A stretch of 64,000 nt of DNA from Longimicrobiales bacterium (GTDB lineage: Bacteria; Gemmatimonadota; Gemmatimonadetes; Longimicrobiales; Gaopeijiaceae): the NCBI GenBank assembly GCA_041690395.1, contig JAWLHJ010000001.1:896001-960000 (forward strand). Direction: 5' to 3'. Below are positions 52,117 through 61,375 of the stretch, piece by piece. Within the stretch, counting starts at the first letter, position 1; every line of letters starts with the position of its first letter. A program made the position numbers and the translations under genes. The notes beneath the pieces are model-generated. The model had not been told where the DNA came from, did no database searches, and worked only from the letters and a program-made list of their open reading frames with translations.

Positions 52117-52914
52117 CTACCCCCCTGCGTTCGCTCGAATCGCCCGCGCCACGAAGCTCGCGAGCCCTTCCGCCCGCTCCTCGTAGTGCCGGCGGAACCG
52201 CTCGTCCGCCTCGTACGTGTCGGCCAACCCGACGTGCATCTCAGGGCTGCACGGGTAGAACCAACTGTCGATGTGGAGGCGCATGGCCTCGGCACCGGCG
52301 CGGGCCTTCTCGCCCTCGGGGTCCTCACCCGCCTCCATCAGCCAGGCCATGTGCTCCTCCTGGGCGGCCGCTTCGGCCTTGATCTTCTCCCAGTCGGCCC
52401 TGGAATGGCTCCGTGCCCGGCGCATCGATTCGGCGTAGGCGTCGGTCTTGCCCCACTGCTCGTGCGCTTCCTCCGCGTGCTCCCGATGGTGGGCGCGCAC
52501 GTCGTCCGGCGCGTTCCGGAGGTCCTCGAACCCGTCGAACATCTCCTTCGTCGTCATCTTCGTCCCTTTGTTCATGGTGTCCAGCATGCGGTCGACGGCA
52601 CGGATGACCGCCTCCGTCCGCTCACGCCGCTCGACGAGGAGGGCGCGCTGCGCCTCCAACTCGGTCCGTCGATCGACCGAGGGCTCGTCGAGCATTCGCC
52701 TGATCGCGTCGAGGCCGAACCCGAGCTCCTTGTACAGCAGGATCTGGTGTAGTCGATCGAGATCCGGCTCGGCGTACAGCCGGTAGCCCGAGGGCGTGCG
52801 GCCCGACGGCTCGAGCAGACCGATCTCGTCGTAGTGGTGGAGCGTTCGGACCGACACGTGCGCCAGCTCCGACACCTCGCCCACCGTCCACGCGGTCGCC
52901 TCCTCGGTGTCCAC
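52117..52914 (-). CDS. MerR family regulator with TipAS domain (TipA-like)
   Basis: TVGEVSELAHVSVRTLHHYDEIGLL, QWGKTDAYAES, YEADERF; AAGGAG RBS before GTG. Confidence 0.92.
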   Translation of the reverse strand: MDTEEATAWTVGEVSELAHVSVRTLHHYDEIGLLEPSGRTPSGYRLYAEPDLDRLHQILLYKELGFGLDAIRRMLDEPSVDRRTELEAQRALLVERRERTEAVIRAVDRMLDTMNKGTKMTTKEMFDGFEDLRNAPDDVRAHHREHAEEAHEQWGKTDAYAESMRRARSHSRADWEKIKAEAAAQEEHMAWLMEAGEDPEGEKARAGAEAMRLHIDSWFYPCSPEMHVGLADTYEADERFRRHYEERAEGLASFVARAIRANAGG

Positions 52915-52965
52915 GGCTGTCTCCTTGGGTGTTGTTCGGCGTGTTGCGGTGACTCTTGGAGGGAT

Positions 52966-52996
52966 ACCATGGCGCCTCACGTAACGTGAGGGTCAA
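52966..52996 (-). promoter_or_regulatory. MerR-type promoter/operator with 19-bp spacer
   Basis: TTGACC-CTCACGTTACGTGAGGCGC-CATGGT; dyad CCTCACGT-N-ACGTGAGG. Confidence 0.85.
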
Positions 52997-53086
52997 GGGG
53001 ACCCGGGCGAACGTGGGCCGGCCAGTCCGGACTCGCTACCTTTTCGCTCAGAAGCTCGCACGCAACGACACACGGAGGAGGGGAGG

Positions 53087-53632
53087 ATGGCGATGATGTG
53101 GCGTACGCTCGTTCCGTTGGTGGCCGCGGCCGCGCTCATGGTGGTGCCCACCGGCGCCGTCGCTCAGGACACGGCTGCCCATCCCGACGACGTTTCGACG
53201 CTCGACGGCATCATCGAGACGCTCTACGCCGTGATCTCGGGGCCGGCCGGAGAGGCGCGCGACTGGGAGCGGTTCCACACGCTGTTCATCCCGGAAGGCG
53301 CGCGCCTCGTGCCGTCCGGGCGTGGCCCCGAGGGCCAGGCGGGCTACCAGGTCTGGACGCCGCAGGAGTACGCGGAGCGTGCGGGTCCGCAGCTCGAGTC
53401 GGGCGGCTTTTTCGAGCGCGAGATCGGGCGGGTGACCGAGCGGTTCGGCAACGTCGTGCACGTGTTCAGCGCGTACGATTCGAAGCGCACGCTCGAGGAC
53501 CCCGAGCCGTTCGCGCGTGGCATCAACTCGATCCAACTCTTCCACGACGGCTCGCGCTATTGGATCGTGACGATCTTCTGGGATTCCGAGCGGCCGGACA
53601 ATCCGCTTCCGACGCGGTACCTGGGCGGCTGA
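53087..53632 (+). CDS. Secreted NTF2-like conserved hypothetical protein
   Basis: Signal peptide; LYAVISGPAG, RDWERF, RGINSIQL, WIVTIFWD. Confidence 0.82.
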   Translation: MAMMWRTLVPLVAAAALMVVPTGAVAQDTAAHPDDVSTLDGIIETLYAVISGPAGEARDWERFHTLFIPEGARLVPSGRGPEGQAGYQVWTPQEYAERAGPQLESGGFFEREIGRVTERFGNVVHVFSAYDSKRTLEDPEPFARGINSIQLFHDGSRYWIVTIFWDSERPDNPLPTRYLGG

Positions 53633-53684
53633 GGGCGCGCCCCTCCCCGTGCGTGCGGCGCCGCCCGGGCCCGAGGGTCCCGCG

Positions 53685-54830
53685 CTAACCGACGAGCTCG
53701 TACACCCTGACGCGCTCGACGCCCAGGTCGTCCCGGTGGATGCCCAGCACCGTGCGGCCGGTCGCGTCCATGGGCGCGAAGCCGACGGGCAGCTCGACCT
53801 CGGTGACGACCCGCCCGCCCGCCTCGACGACCGTCCACAGCCCGCCGGCCATGGCGCCGCTCCGCAGGAGCGCGGCGTCGGTGGCGGGCTCGTAGTGCTT
53901 CAGCCAGATCCGTCCGTCGCGGTCGACCATGCTCTCCGAGATCACGGGCACCGGTTCTTCGGCGACACCGGGCGCGACGTCCTCGATCCACTCCGAGCGG
54001 TCGCGGGCCGCCAGCTCGACACGGAGCACGCGCCACGCCGCGTCGAGGTCGGGCCGTTGGATCGAGAGCCGGATCTGCCGCGCGACCCGGCCGTCGGCCC
54101 CCAGCACGTCCACTACCGGCTCGGTACCGTCCGTCACGTAGACCGAGTCGTCGAGCAACCACGCGTGCATGAACGGTGAGAACGGCACCACGGCCGTGCC
54201 GCCGGCCCTGCGGATCCCCGGCACCGTGTCGACCACCGCCACCAGCGACCCGTCCGAGGCGTAACGGCCGATGACCATCCGGTCCGGCACGATTTCGCTG
54301 CCCCCTCGTGGCGGCGGGACCAGCGACGCGACGGCCGCGCCGCCGTCGGCGTACGTGCCCAGGAAGACCTCGGGCCACCCGCCAGCGGGCTCGAACGAGG
54401 TCGTCCCGACGAGCGTGCCGTCCCTCAGAAACCGTGTCAGGCGGAGCGTCGAGATGTCGTACGCCGCGAGCGTGTCGGGTGGAAGCACCGTCAGGTGGTT
54501 GATGTCCCCGAACTCGCCGGGCCCCTCACCGGGCCCGCCCATCGAGACGACGTAGCGCCCCTCGGCGTCGTACACCCGGATCGCGCGACTCGAGAACTCC
54601 GACACCGCGAACGCGCCGTCCGGCAAGAGGCGCACGCCGGTGATCCGCGAGAAGAGATAGCGAGGGTCGCCGTCGATCTCGCCGACGTCGAGCACGGGCT
54701 CGGGGCTCGTGGTCCAGCGCCCCGGCGCGGTGGTCTCCGAGGGCGCGCCGCCGTCGGAACACGCCGCCAGGCCGGCGAGCAGGAGTCCCATGACGAGGGG
54801 GGGACGGGCGGCATCTCCGATTCGCGACAC
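53685..54830 (-). CDS. Beta-propeller lipoprotein (6-bladed-like)
   Basis: LAACS lipobox; GGPGEGPGEF; VDRDGRIW; DDLGVERVRVY. Confidence 0.8.
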   Translation of the reverse strand: MSRIGDAARPPLVMGLLLAGLAACSDGGAPSETTAPGRWTTSPEPVLDVGEIDGDPRYLFSRITGVRLLPDGAFAVSEFSSRAIRVYDAEGRYVVSMGGPGEGPGEFGDINHLTVLPPDTLAAYDISTLRLTRFLRDGTLVGTTSFEPAGGWPEVFLGTYADGGAAVASLVPPPRGGSEIVPDRMVIGRYASDGSLVAVVDTVPGIRRAGGTAVVPFSPFMHAWLLDDSVYVTDGTEPVVDVLGADGRVARQIRLSIQRPDLDAAWRVLRVELAARDRSEWIEDVAPGVAEEPVPVISESMVDRDGRIWLKHYEPATDAALLRSGAMAGGLWTVVEAGGRVVTEVELPVGFAPMDATGRTVLGIHRDDLGVERVRVYELVG

Positions 54831-54840
54831 GGGATCTCCT

Positions 54841-55794
54841 TCAGTCGATGTCGAGGTGGCCCTCACCCATGAGTACGCAGTTGCCGCCGACGCGCACCAG
54901 GGCGACGGCGCCGGCGCGCTTCTCGATGTCGAGGTCGATCAGGCTCGGTCGGCCCATCTCGAAGCCCTGCTCGATCCGCCACGCGAACCGACCGTCCGGC
55001 TCCGGCTCGCGCACGCCCAGGAAGCCGCCGAGCGTCGAAGCCGCCGACCCGGTGGCGGGGTCCTCGGCGATGCCGAGCCCCGGAGCGAACATGCGGGCCC
55101 GGAGTGAGGAGCCCGCGAGCTTCGGGTCGGGTGTGAGCAGGTACAGGTGGGAGACGCCCGTGGGCGCGATCGAGCGCTCCCAGCGTGACGTGTCCAGGCG
55201 TGCCCGGCCCAACGCGCTCCGGTCGCGGATCGGAACGACCAGGAACGCGACGCCGCACGACCACACCTCTGGCTCCCATCCCGGAACCCGGAGGTCGTCG
55301 AGCTCCAGCGCGAGCGCCTTCGCCAGCTCGTCGGTGGCCGGCGGATCGGGAACCATCTCCGGGAGCCGCGGCACGTCGAAGCGCGCGTGGTACGTCCGCC
55401 CGCTCCCGACGACCCGCACCGGCACGGGACCGACGCCGAGCTCGAGCACGAACTCCGCGACGGCGGGCCCCCTGGAGCCGCCGTCCGGGCCGCCCGCGAC
55501 CCCCGACGCCGGCGCGACGATCCCTTCGGCCACCAGCACGCTCGCCGTTCCCACCGTCGGGTGCCCGGCGAACGGGAGCTCCGAGCCCGGTGTGAAGATG
55601 CGTAGCCTGGCGGCGTGCTTCGGGTCATCGGGAGGAAGCACGAACACGGTCTCGGAGAGGTTCAACTCGCGCGCGATCACCGGCATGAGCGCGGGCGACA
55701 CCTGGCCGCCATCCGGAAACACCGCGAGCTGGTTGCCGCCGAACGGCCGGTCCGTGAAGACGTCCGCCAGGAGGTAGCGCGCGCCGCCGCTCAC
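54841..55794 (-). CDS. PhzF family isomerase/epimerase
   Basis: DVFTDRPFGGNQLAV, NLSETVF, RIFTPGSELPFAGHPTVG, EDPATGSA. Confidence 0.93.
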   Translation of the reverse strand: MSGGARYLLADVFTDRPFGGNQLAVFPDGGQVSPALMPVIARELNLSETVFVLPPDDPKHAARLRIFTPGSELPFAGHPTVGTASVLVAEGIVAPASGVAGGPDGGSRGPAVAEFVLELGVGPVPVRVVGSGRTYHARFDVPRLPEMVPDPPATDELAKALALELDDLRVPGWEPEVWSCGVAFLVVPIRDRSALGRARLDTSRWERSIAPTGVSHLYLLTPDPKLAGSSLRARMFAPGLGIAEDPATGSAASTLGGFLGVREPEPDGRFAWRIEQGFEMGRPSLIDLDIEKRAGAVALVRVGGNCVLMGEGHLDID

Positions 55795-56111
55795 GGCGCC
55801 ACCCTCACGAGATAGGCGCCGCCGCCCACGTCCACGGCCCATTCATCGACGCGGTGGGCCAACCATCCGGTCAGCGCTTCTCTCACGATGTCCAGCAGCA
55901 CCGGCGCGCCCGCGGAACGCGTGCCGCGTCCCGTGATGATCCGGACCACCCGCCCGGGCGAGCGGACGGCATGCGTATCCAGGAACGCCTCCAGCCGCCG
56001 CTCCGCCGCGTCCGCCGTGAAGCCGTGCAGATCGAGCTCTTCTGCGACGATCTCCACGTGGAGGGTGCGCGGACGCTGGCTGGGGGGGCGGGACACACGA
56101 CGCTTACCCAT
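55791..56111 (-). CDS. Smr/MutS2 domain protein
   Basis: LDLHG, RIITGRGTRS, GGGAYLV. Confidence 0.88.
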   Translation of the reverse strand: MGKRRVSRPPSQRPRTLHVEIVAEELDLHGFTADAAERRLEAFLDTHAVRSPGRVVRIITGRGTRSAGAPVLLDIVREALTGWLAHRVDEWAVDVGGGAYLVRVAP

Positions 56112-56123
56112 GCGTTGACATCA

Positions 56124-56777
56124 TCAGATCGGCGCGGGCACGCGGTGTCGCTCGATCCGCCAGGCCCAGAAGGGGAAGATCCACAACGCGAGCCCGACGA
56201 TGGCGATGGCCATCGCGTTGGGAGGCGGCGGGGAGAATGGTCCGGAGGCCCAGATGACGGCGACCAGGCCGACCAGCGCGATGAGTCCCGTTCGCCCGAG
56301 ACCGTCCCGGGGCGGGAAGCGCCTGGCGTATAGCAGGACCGCGCCTGCGAACAGGAGGCCTTCCACGAGGAAGGTTCCAGGGATCGAGTTCCAGAGGCCC
56401 AGGCCGACCAGGGGGCCACCGGGCCAGAGCGGGAGATCCGGTCGGTGCGTCACGAAGTCCAGGACCCAGTGACTCACGACGACGACTCCGATCACCGACG
56501 CAACCCTGCCACCGCGACCCAGCGCGCTTGCGATCCCCCATGCGACCACGCCCCACAGGAGCACCATCGCAAGGCTGTGACTCCATGGATAGGCTTCGAA
56601 CGACAACGGCGTGAACGCGGTCGCCCCGGGCTCGATCGAGACGGACTCCGTGCCCGTCAACAGGAGGATCGGCCAGAGCAGGTCGATGCCGAACGAAGCG
56701 GCCACCAGGGCGCCCAGAGGAGCCCTCGGCTCGGCGACCTTCGCTGCCAGTGCCACGCTCATGTGTCCCGCGAACAT
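56124..56777 (-). CDS. Membrane protein, metal-dependent hydrolase-like
   Basis: MFAGH, DLLWP, YPWSHSL, SHWVLDFVTHRPDLP. Confidence 0.8.
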   Translation of the reverse strand: MFAGHMSVALAAKVAEPRAPLGALVAASFGIDLLWPILLLTGTESVSIEPGATAFTPLSFEAYPWSHSLAMVLLWGVVAWGIASALGRGGRVASVIGVVVVSHWVLDFVTHRPDLPLWPGGPLVGLGLWNSIPGTFLVEGLLFAGAVLLYARRFPPRDGLGRTGLIALVGLVAVIWASGPFSPPPPNAMAIAIVGLALWIFPFWAWRIERHRVPAPI

Positions 56778-56821
56778 CGTAGCTTCACTCCTTGTCGAGA
56801 TGTCATGTCGGGCGTGTACGA

Positions 56822-57217
56822 TCACTGCGGCTCGCCCGGGCGCCGCTCCTCCATCAGACCGATCAGGTTGCGGTCCGGGTCCCGCACGAAGGCGATCCAC
56901 AGCTCGTGGTCGGGCATGCGTGCGGTCAGCCGAGGGCCCCGCTCGCTCGTACCGCCCCGCGCCAGAACCGTGTCATAGGCGGTGTCCACGTCGGCGACGG
57001 AGAAGTACACGACCGAGCTCGTGCCGGCCGGGTGCTCGTCCGTCGCGGCCGTCAGCATAAGCCGCACGTCACCGGCTGCCAGGAACGCGAGCGACGGCTC
57101 CGCGGCGAAGAGGAAGGTGAGGCCGAGGGTGTCCCGGTAGAACGTCAGCGCCGCGTCCAGGTCGCTCACGCTCACGGCGATCTGGCGCACACCCGAGATG
57201 CCCGTTCCGTCGCTCAT
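56822..57217 (-). CDS. VOC/glyoxalase family protein
   Basis: QIAVSVSDLD..FYRDTLGL, VYFSVADV, FVRDPDRNLIGL. Confidence 0.9.
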   Translation of the reverse strand: MSDGTGISGVRQIAVSVSDLDAALTFYRDTLGLTFLFAAEPSLAFLAAGDVRLMLTAATDEHPAGTSSVVYFSVADVDTAYDTVLARGGTSERGPRLTARMPDHELWIAFVRDPDRNLIGLMEERRPGEPQ

Positions 57218-57271
57218 TCCCACCCTCCTCCGTCTTTTGTAGACCTCCCCGGTGTCGGCCGGGGAAGGGGG

Positions 57272-57883
57272 TCACACCTTGTCGTGCCCGTCGGCGAGCT
57301 GGGGGACGACCTCCTTCTCGTAGCAACTGGGGCAGATCGCGTGGCTGAACTTCGAGCTCGTGTGGCTCGCGATGTAGGCCTCGACCTCCAGCCAGTAGTC
57401 CTCGTCTCCACGGATCCGGCGGCAGTAGGAACAGATGGGGAGCATCTCCCGGAGCGTTCTGACCTCCCCCAGCGCCTGCCGGAGCTCCGTGACGAGCTGG
57501 TCGCGCTCCTCCTGTTCGTGCTTCCGCTGAGTGACGTCGCGGGCCACGGAGTATATGAGCCGTCGCTCGAGGTCGGGTGAGGCGTTCCACAGGAGCCACC
57601 GGTGCGATCCGTCCTTGCACACGTAGCGGTTCTCGAAGCCCCGCGCATGCTCTCCGGCCCGTACCCGCCGATTCTGCTCGACCGTACGATCCCGATCGTC
57701 CGGGTGGACGAACTCGATGAAGGGCCGCGACATCAGCTCCTCCTGGGTGAAGCCGAGGGTCCGCTCCCACGCCGGGTTGAGACGGCGGAAGCGTCCGTCG
57801 AAGTCCAGGAAGCACAGCATGTCTAGCGAGATCTCGAAGAAGCGGTCGTAGAACTCGCGCTCCCGGTCCTCTGCCGATTCCAC
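57272..57883 (-). CDS. PAS domain protein with C-terminal CxxC...CxxC module
   Basis: FVHPDD, FENRY..KDG, ARDVT; LPICSYCRRIR...SHAICPSC. Confidence 0.85.
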   Translation of the reverse strand: MESAEDREREFYDRFFEISLDMLCFLDFDGRFRRLNPAWERTLGFTQEELMSRPFIEFVHPDDRDRTVEQNRRVRAGEHARGFENRYVCKDGSHRWLLWNASPDLERRLIYSVARDVTQRKHEQEERDQLVTELRQALGEVRTLREMLPICSYCRRIRGDEDYWLEVEAYIASHTSSKFSHAICPSCYEKEVVPQLADGHDKV

Positions 57884-57940
57884 GTTCAGCTCGTTCCTCG
57901 CGGTTGCCCGAGCGATGTCCCGATCAGGTAGTACCTTCTA

Positions 57941-58639
57941 ATGATGACCAACTCCAGAAATCTGACGATTCTCGCGTACGAAGATACCCCTCTCGGTCCT
58001 CTGTGCCTCCGCCGTCGCGCGCTGCTGTCGAGTCCGGGCACGGTCGTGACGGAAGTAACGCTGGCTCACGAGTTCCTCATGAGCAGTCACATCACCGTTT
58101 CGGAGCGCGCCCTCGCCGATGTGGCTCTGGCCATGCACGGTGGCGATGACCTCAGGGTGCTCGTGGGCGGCCTGGGCCTGGGGTACACGGCTGAAGCGGT
58201 CCTCGCGCACGGGCGCGTGGCGCGCCTGGAGGTCGTCGAGTTTCTCCCGCAGGTGCTCGGCTGGCTCGAGGACGATCTCTTTCCCGTCGCTCCGAAGCTG
58301 AAGAGCGACGCCCGGTTCGAGGCCGTGCGTGGAGACGTGTACGAGATCCTCACGGGGCCGCCGGCCGGATCCTACGATCTCATCCTGGTGGATGTCGACC
58401 ACGCGCCCGACGACCGGCTTGGCGAGGCGGACTCCGGGTTCTACACCGAGGGCGGCCTCGAGAGGGCGCGGGCCCACCTGGCCCCGTCCGGAGTGCTGGG
58501 GGTATGGTCGTACGCCGAGAGCTCGCCGTTTTCCGAGGCGCTCCGCAACGTCTTCGACGACGTCGTGGTGGAGAGGGTCACGTACCACAACGACCTGATC
58601 GACGAGGAGATCACGGACTGGCTCTTCCTCGCTCGCTGA
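57941..58639 (+). CDS. Spermidine synthase-like methyltransferase
   Basis: VLVGGLGLGYTA, YDLILVDVDHAP, GVLGVWS. Confidence 0.85.
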   Translation: MMTNSRNLTILAYEDTPLGPLCLRRRALLSSPGTVVTEVTLAHEFLMSSHITVSERALADVALAMHGGDDLRVLVGGLGLGYTAEAVLAHGRVARLEVVEFLPQVLGWLEDDLFPVAPKLKSDARFEAVRGDVYEILTGPPAGSYDLILVDVDHAPDDRLGEADSGFYTEGGLERARAHLAPSGVLGVWSYAESSPFSEALRNVFDDVVVERVTYHNDLIDEEITDWLFLAR

Positions 58640-58712
58640 GGGGATGCCGATCCGGGGTCCGGTCGCTACCATTCGTGCTCTTTCGAAAACGAACCTTCGA
58701 CAGGACGAACAC

Positions 58713-60011
58713 ATGGCGGTGCTGGCGAGCCGGATCGCGAATCTGGGGACCGAGAATGCCTTCGAGGTCGGCAAGGACATCGCGCGCCTGGAGGCTCAGG
58801 GAAAGAGGATCATCAAGTTCAATCTCGGTCAGCCCGATTTCCGCGCGCCCGAGCACCTGGACCGCGAGTGCATCCGGCAGCTCGAGGCCGGGAACACCGG
58901 ATACGTGGATCCCGCCGGCATCCTACCCCTCCGCCGCGCCATCGCGGACCACATGCGGAAGACCAGGGGCGTCGACGTCGACCCCTCGAGGGTCGTGGTC
59001 ACGGCCGGTGCCAAGCCGCCCATCGGGCTGACCGTCCTGACGTACGTGAACCGTGGCGACGAGGTCATCTACCCGAGCCCCGGCTTCCCGATTTACGAGT
59101 CGTGGGTGCGGTTCCTGGGCGCGGTTCCGGTGCCGCTCCGACTTCGCGAAGAGCGCGACTTCGCCTTCACGCCGGACGAGCTCGGCGATCTCATCACACC
59201 GCGCACGAAGCTCGTCATCCTGAACTCCCCGTCGAATCCGACGGGCGGGGTCCTCAGCAAAGAGGACCTCCAGGGGATCGCGCGCGTGATCCGGGAGAAG
59301 GGATCCCCGGATCTGCGTGTATACAGCGACGAGATCTACGAGCAGATCCTCTTCGACGGCGAGGAGCACCGCAGCCTGATCAGCGAGGAGGGCATGGAGG
59401 AGCGCACCGTGGTCGCCAGCGGGCATTCCAAGGGCTTCGGGATGACCGGTTGGAGGCTCGGGTGGGCCGTCCTGCCGAACGCCGAGGAGGCCGCCGTGTT
59501 CTCCCGCTTCAACGTCAACACGGTGTCCTGCGTGCCTCCGTTCATCCAGGAAGCTGGGCGTGAAGCGTACGAGAACCCCGAGACGGAGAAGTACGTCACG
59601 CGGAACGTGCGCGCGTTCCAGGAGCGGCGCGACCGCGTCGTGCCCGGCCTGAACGAGATCCCGGGAATCACGTGCCGGACGCCCAAGGGAACGTTCTACG
59701 TCTTCCCGAACGTCGAGGGTTACTGCCGGGACATGGGGATCATGGACGTCTACGAGCAGCTTCCCGAGGACGAGCGGGCCCGCACCTCACCGTCCACGCT
59801 GCTTCAGCTCTTCCTGCTCTACCGCTACGGGATCGCGACGCTGGACCGCCGTTCCTTCTGCAAGCTGGGCTCCGAGGGGGAGCACTACCTCCGCCTCTCC
59901 ATCGCGAACAGCATGGAGGAGCTCGAGGCCGGCGTCGCGCGCATGGCCGAAGCCGCCGGCGACCGGGAGGGCTTCCTCTCCTTCATGGAGGAGGCACCAC
60001 ACCGGAAGTAG
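58713..60011 (+). CDS. PLP-dependent aminotransferase class I/II (aspartate aminotransferase-like)
   Basis: LNSPSNPTG, SDEIY, SKGFGMTGWRLG, GTFYVFP; ATG 58713 chosen. Confidence 0.92.
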   Translation: MAVLASRIANLGTENAFEVGKDIARLEAQGKRIIKFNLGQPDFRAPEHLDRECIRQLEAGNTGYVDPAGILPLRRAIADHMRKTRGVDVDPSRVVVTAGAKPPIGLTVLTYVNRGDEVIYPSPGFPIYESWVRFLGAVPVPLRLREERDFAFTPDELGDLITPRTKLVILNSPSNPTGGVLSKEDLQGIARVIREKGSPDLRVYSDEIYEQILFDGEEHRSLISEEGMEERTVVASGHSKGFGMTGWRLGWAVLPNAEEAAVFSRFNVNTVSCVPPFIQEAGREAYENPETEKYVTRNVRAFQERRDRVVPGLNEIPGITCRTPKGTFYVFPNVEGYCRDMGIMDVYEQLPEDERARTSPSTLLQLFLLYRYGIATLDRRSFCKLGSEGEHYLRLSIANSMEELEAGVARMAEAAGDREGFLSFMEEAPHRK

Positions 60012-60834
60012 CCTCGGCACGGAGGCGCACGAGCACCATGAAGATGCGCGCCTCCGGGTCGAAGACGGTCGTCTCGTTGTACTCGGCGTCGGTCGCGTAG
60101 GACCCTGCCAACGAAGAGAGGCCCCGTGCGGGAGTGACCCGGAACAGGATCCTGTCGCTCGGCTGGGCCGGGAACTTCGCGTACTCGCGCGACTCGTCAT
60201 GGACGCTGTAGGACAGGGTGGGCGGTCCGTACCGCTCGGCCGCGGCCCTGAGGGTCGTGCCGGGACCGACGCCGTCCGCCGTGCGAGCCAGGGGATGGGT
60301 GGTGGCGACGAGCTCGAGTGGCGTATCCTCGTCGATCGCCGTGCCGACCGGGAAGAGCACGTGGTACAGCGTGTCCGTTCCCTCGACGACCGGCAGCGCG
60401 GTGACATCGACCATGAACCGGTCGGTCGGGTCGCCGATGGCGGCGGGCGCGGACAGGGCCGTGCGCAGCTCGCCCAGGGTCATGCCCACCGTCGCGTCGC
60501 CGATGCCGGTCCCGTCGACGGCCGCCGAAGCGTCCGGGCCGGCGGCTTCCGGCGCCGAGCTCGGTACCGCCCCATCCCCGACGGGCGGTGGCTCGGCCGC
60601 GGGTGAGAGGGAGAGCCACGCCAGGATCGCGCCGGCTCCGAGCAGGCACACGGGCGCGACGATCCGGAGGACCCGGTGGATGCGGGACAGCCCGGGAACG
60701 GCTTCGGCCGGATCTCTCCCTCGAGCTCGTGCGACCCTCCCCGAGACGACGAGCACGATCTCCCCGAGCATCGCGAGCCCGGCCAGGAGGAACAGGCCGA
60801 CGAACAGCGTCGGCGCGAGCTCACGGATGGTCAT
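59983..60834 (-). CDS. Hypothetical membrane-anchored protein
   Basis: Two N-terminal TM segments, Pro/Ala linker, GIGDATVGMT...TADGVGPGT domain; overlaps aminotransferase end by 29 bp. Confidence 0.6.
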   Translation of the reverse strand: MTIRELAPTLFVGLFLLAGLAMLGEIVLVVSGRVARARGRDPAEAVPGLSRIHRVLRIVAPVCLLGAGAILAWLSLSPAAEPPPVGDGAVPSSAPEAAGPDASAAVDGTGIGDATVGMTLGELRTALSAPAAIGDPTDRFMVDVTALPVVEGTDTLYHVLFPVGTAIDEDTPLELVATTHPLARTADGVGPGTTLRAAAERYGPPTLSYSVHDESREYAKFPAQPSDRILFRVTPARGLSSLAGSYATDAEYNETTVFDPEARIFMVLVRLRAEATSGVVPPP

Positions 60835-60982
60835 CGGTGGCGACCACGATGTGATGCCTGGGGTCTTCCAGGAACTCCGCGACCATCTCCGGTTGTAGAG
60901 CGTCATCGAAGACGTCCGGATCGACGTTGTCGAGCCGGTGCCCGGAACGGCTCCGTAGAAGTTCGATCTCGACGTGCGGCAC
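60821..60982 (-). pseudogene. Truncated N-terminal fragment resembling a GNAT acetyltransferase
   Basis: GGAGG RBS, then VEIELL...VDPDVFDDALQPEMVAEFLEDPRHHIVVATDD, stop after 53 aa. Confidence 0.5.
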
Positions 60983-61150
60983 ATCTCCTCCGGCAGGGTT
61001 GGGGTGCTTCGTGTCGTACGATCCGGTGTCCCGGTTGCGTGCGCCAGGGCGAGCCGGCCGGGAACGACTCTTGCTTGCTTTCGGTCGCGATGTTTGCCCA
61101 TCGTTCCGGGCCGACTCAACCCTCCCGTTCGGGCTGTCCAGGAGCCTCAT

Positions 61151-61375
61151 ATGCGCCACGTCATCCTCGTGCTCGGCGTTGCCCCCGTCCTCGTCGGAGG
61201 GTACTCGCTGCTCGGCGGAAGCTTCTCCATGACCCGGAGGGAGACCGTGCTCGACCTCGGCCCGGTGCAGGCGACCGCGGAGACGCAGGAGCTCTTCGCA
61301 TTGCCTCCGCTCGTCGCGGGCATCGCGTTGGCCCTGGGGCTGGCGGCGGTCGTGTACGGGGCCCGTAAGTCGTGA
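61151..61375 (+). CDS. Small two-TM membrane protein (DUF3185-like)
   Basis: 74 aa; ETVLDLGPVQAT...LPPLVAG; AGGAG RBS. Confidence 0.75.
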   Translation: MRHVILVLGVAPVLVGGYSLLGGSFSMTRRETVLDLGPVQATAETQELFALPPLVAGIALALGLAAVVYGARKS

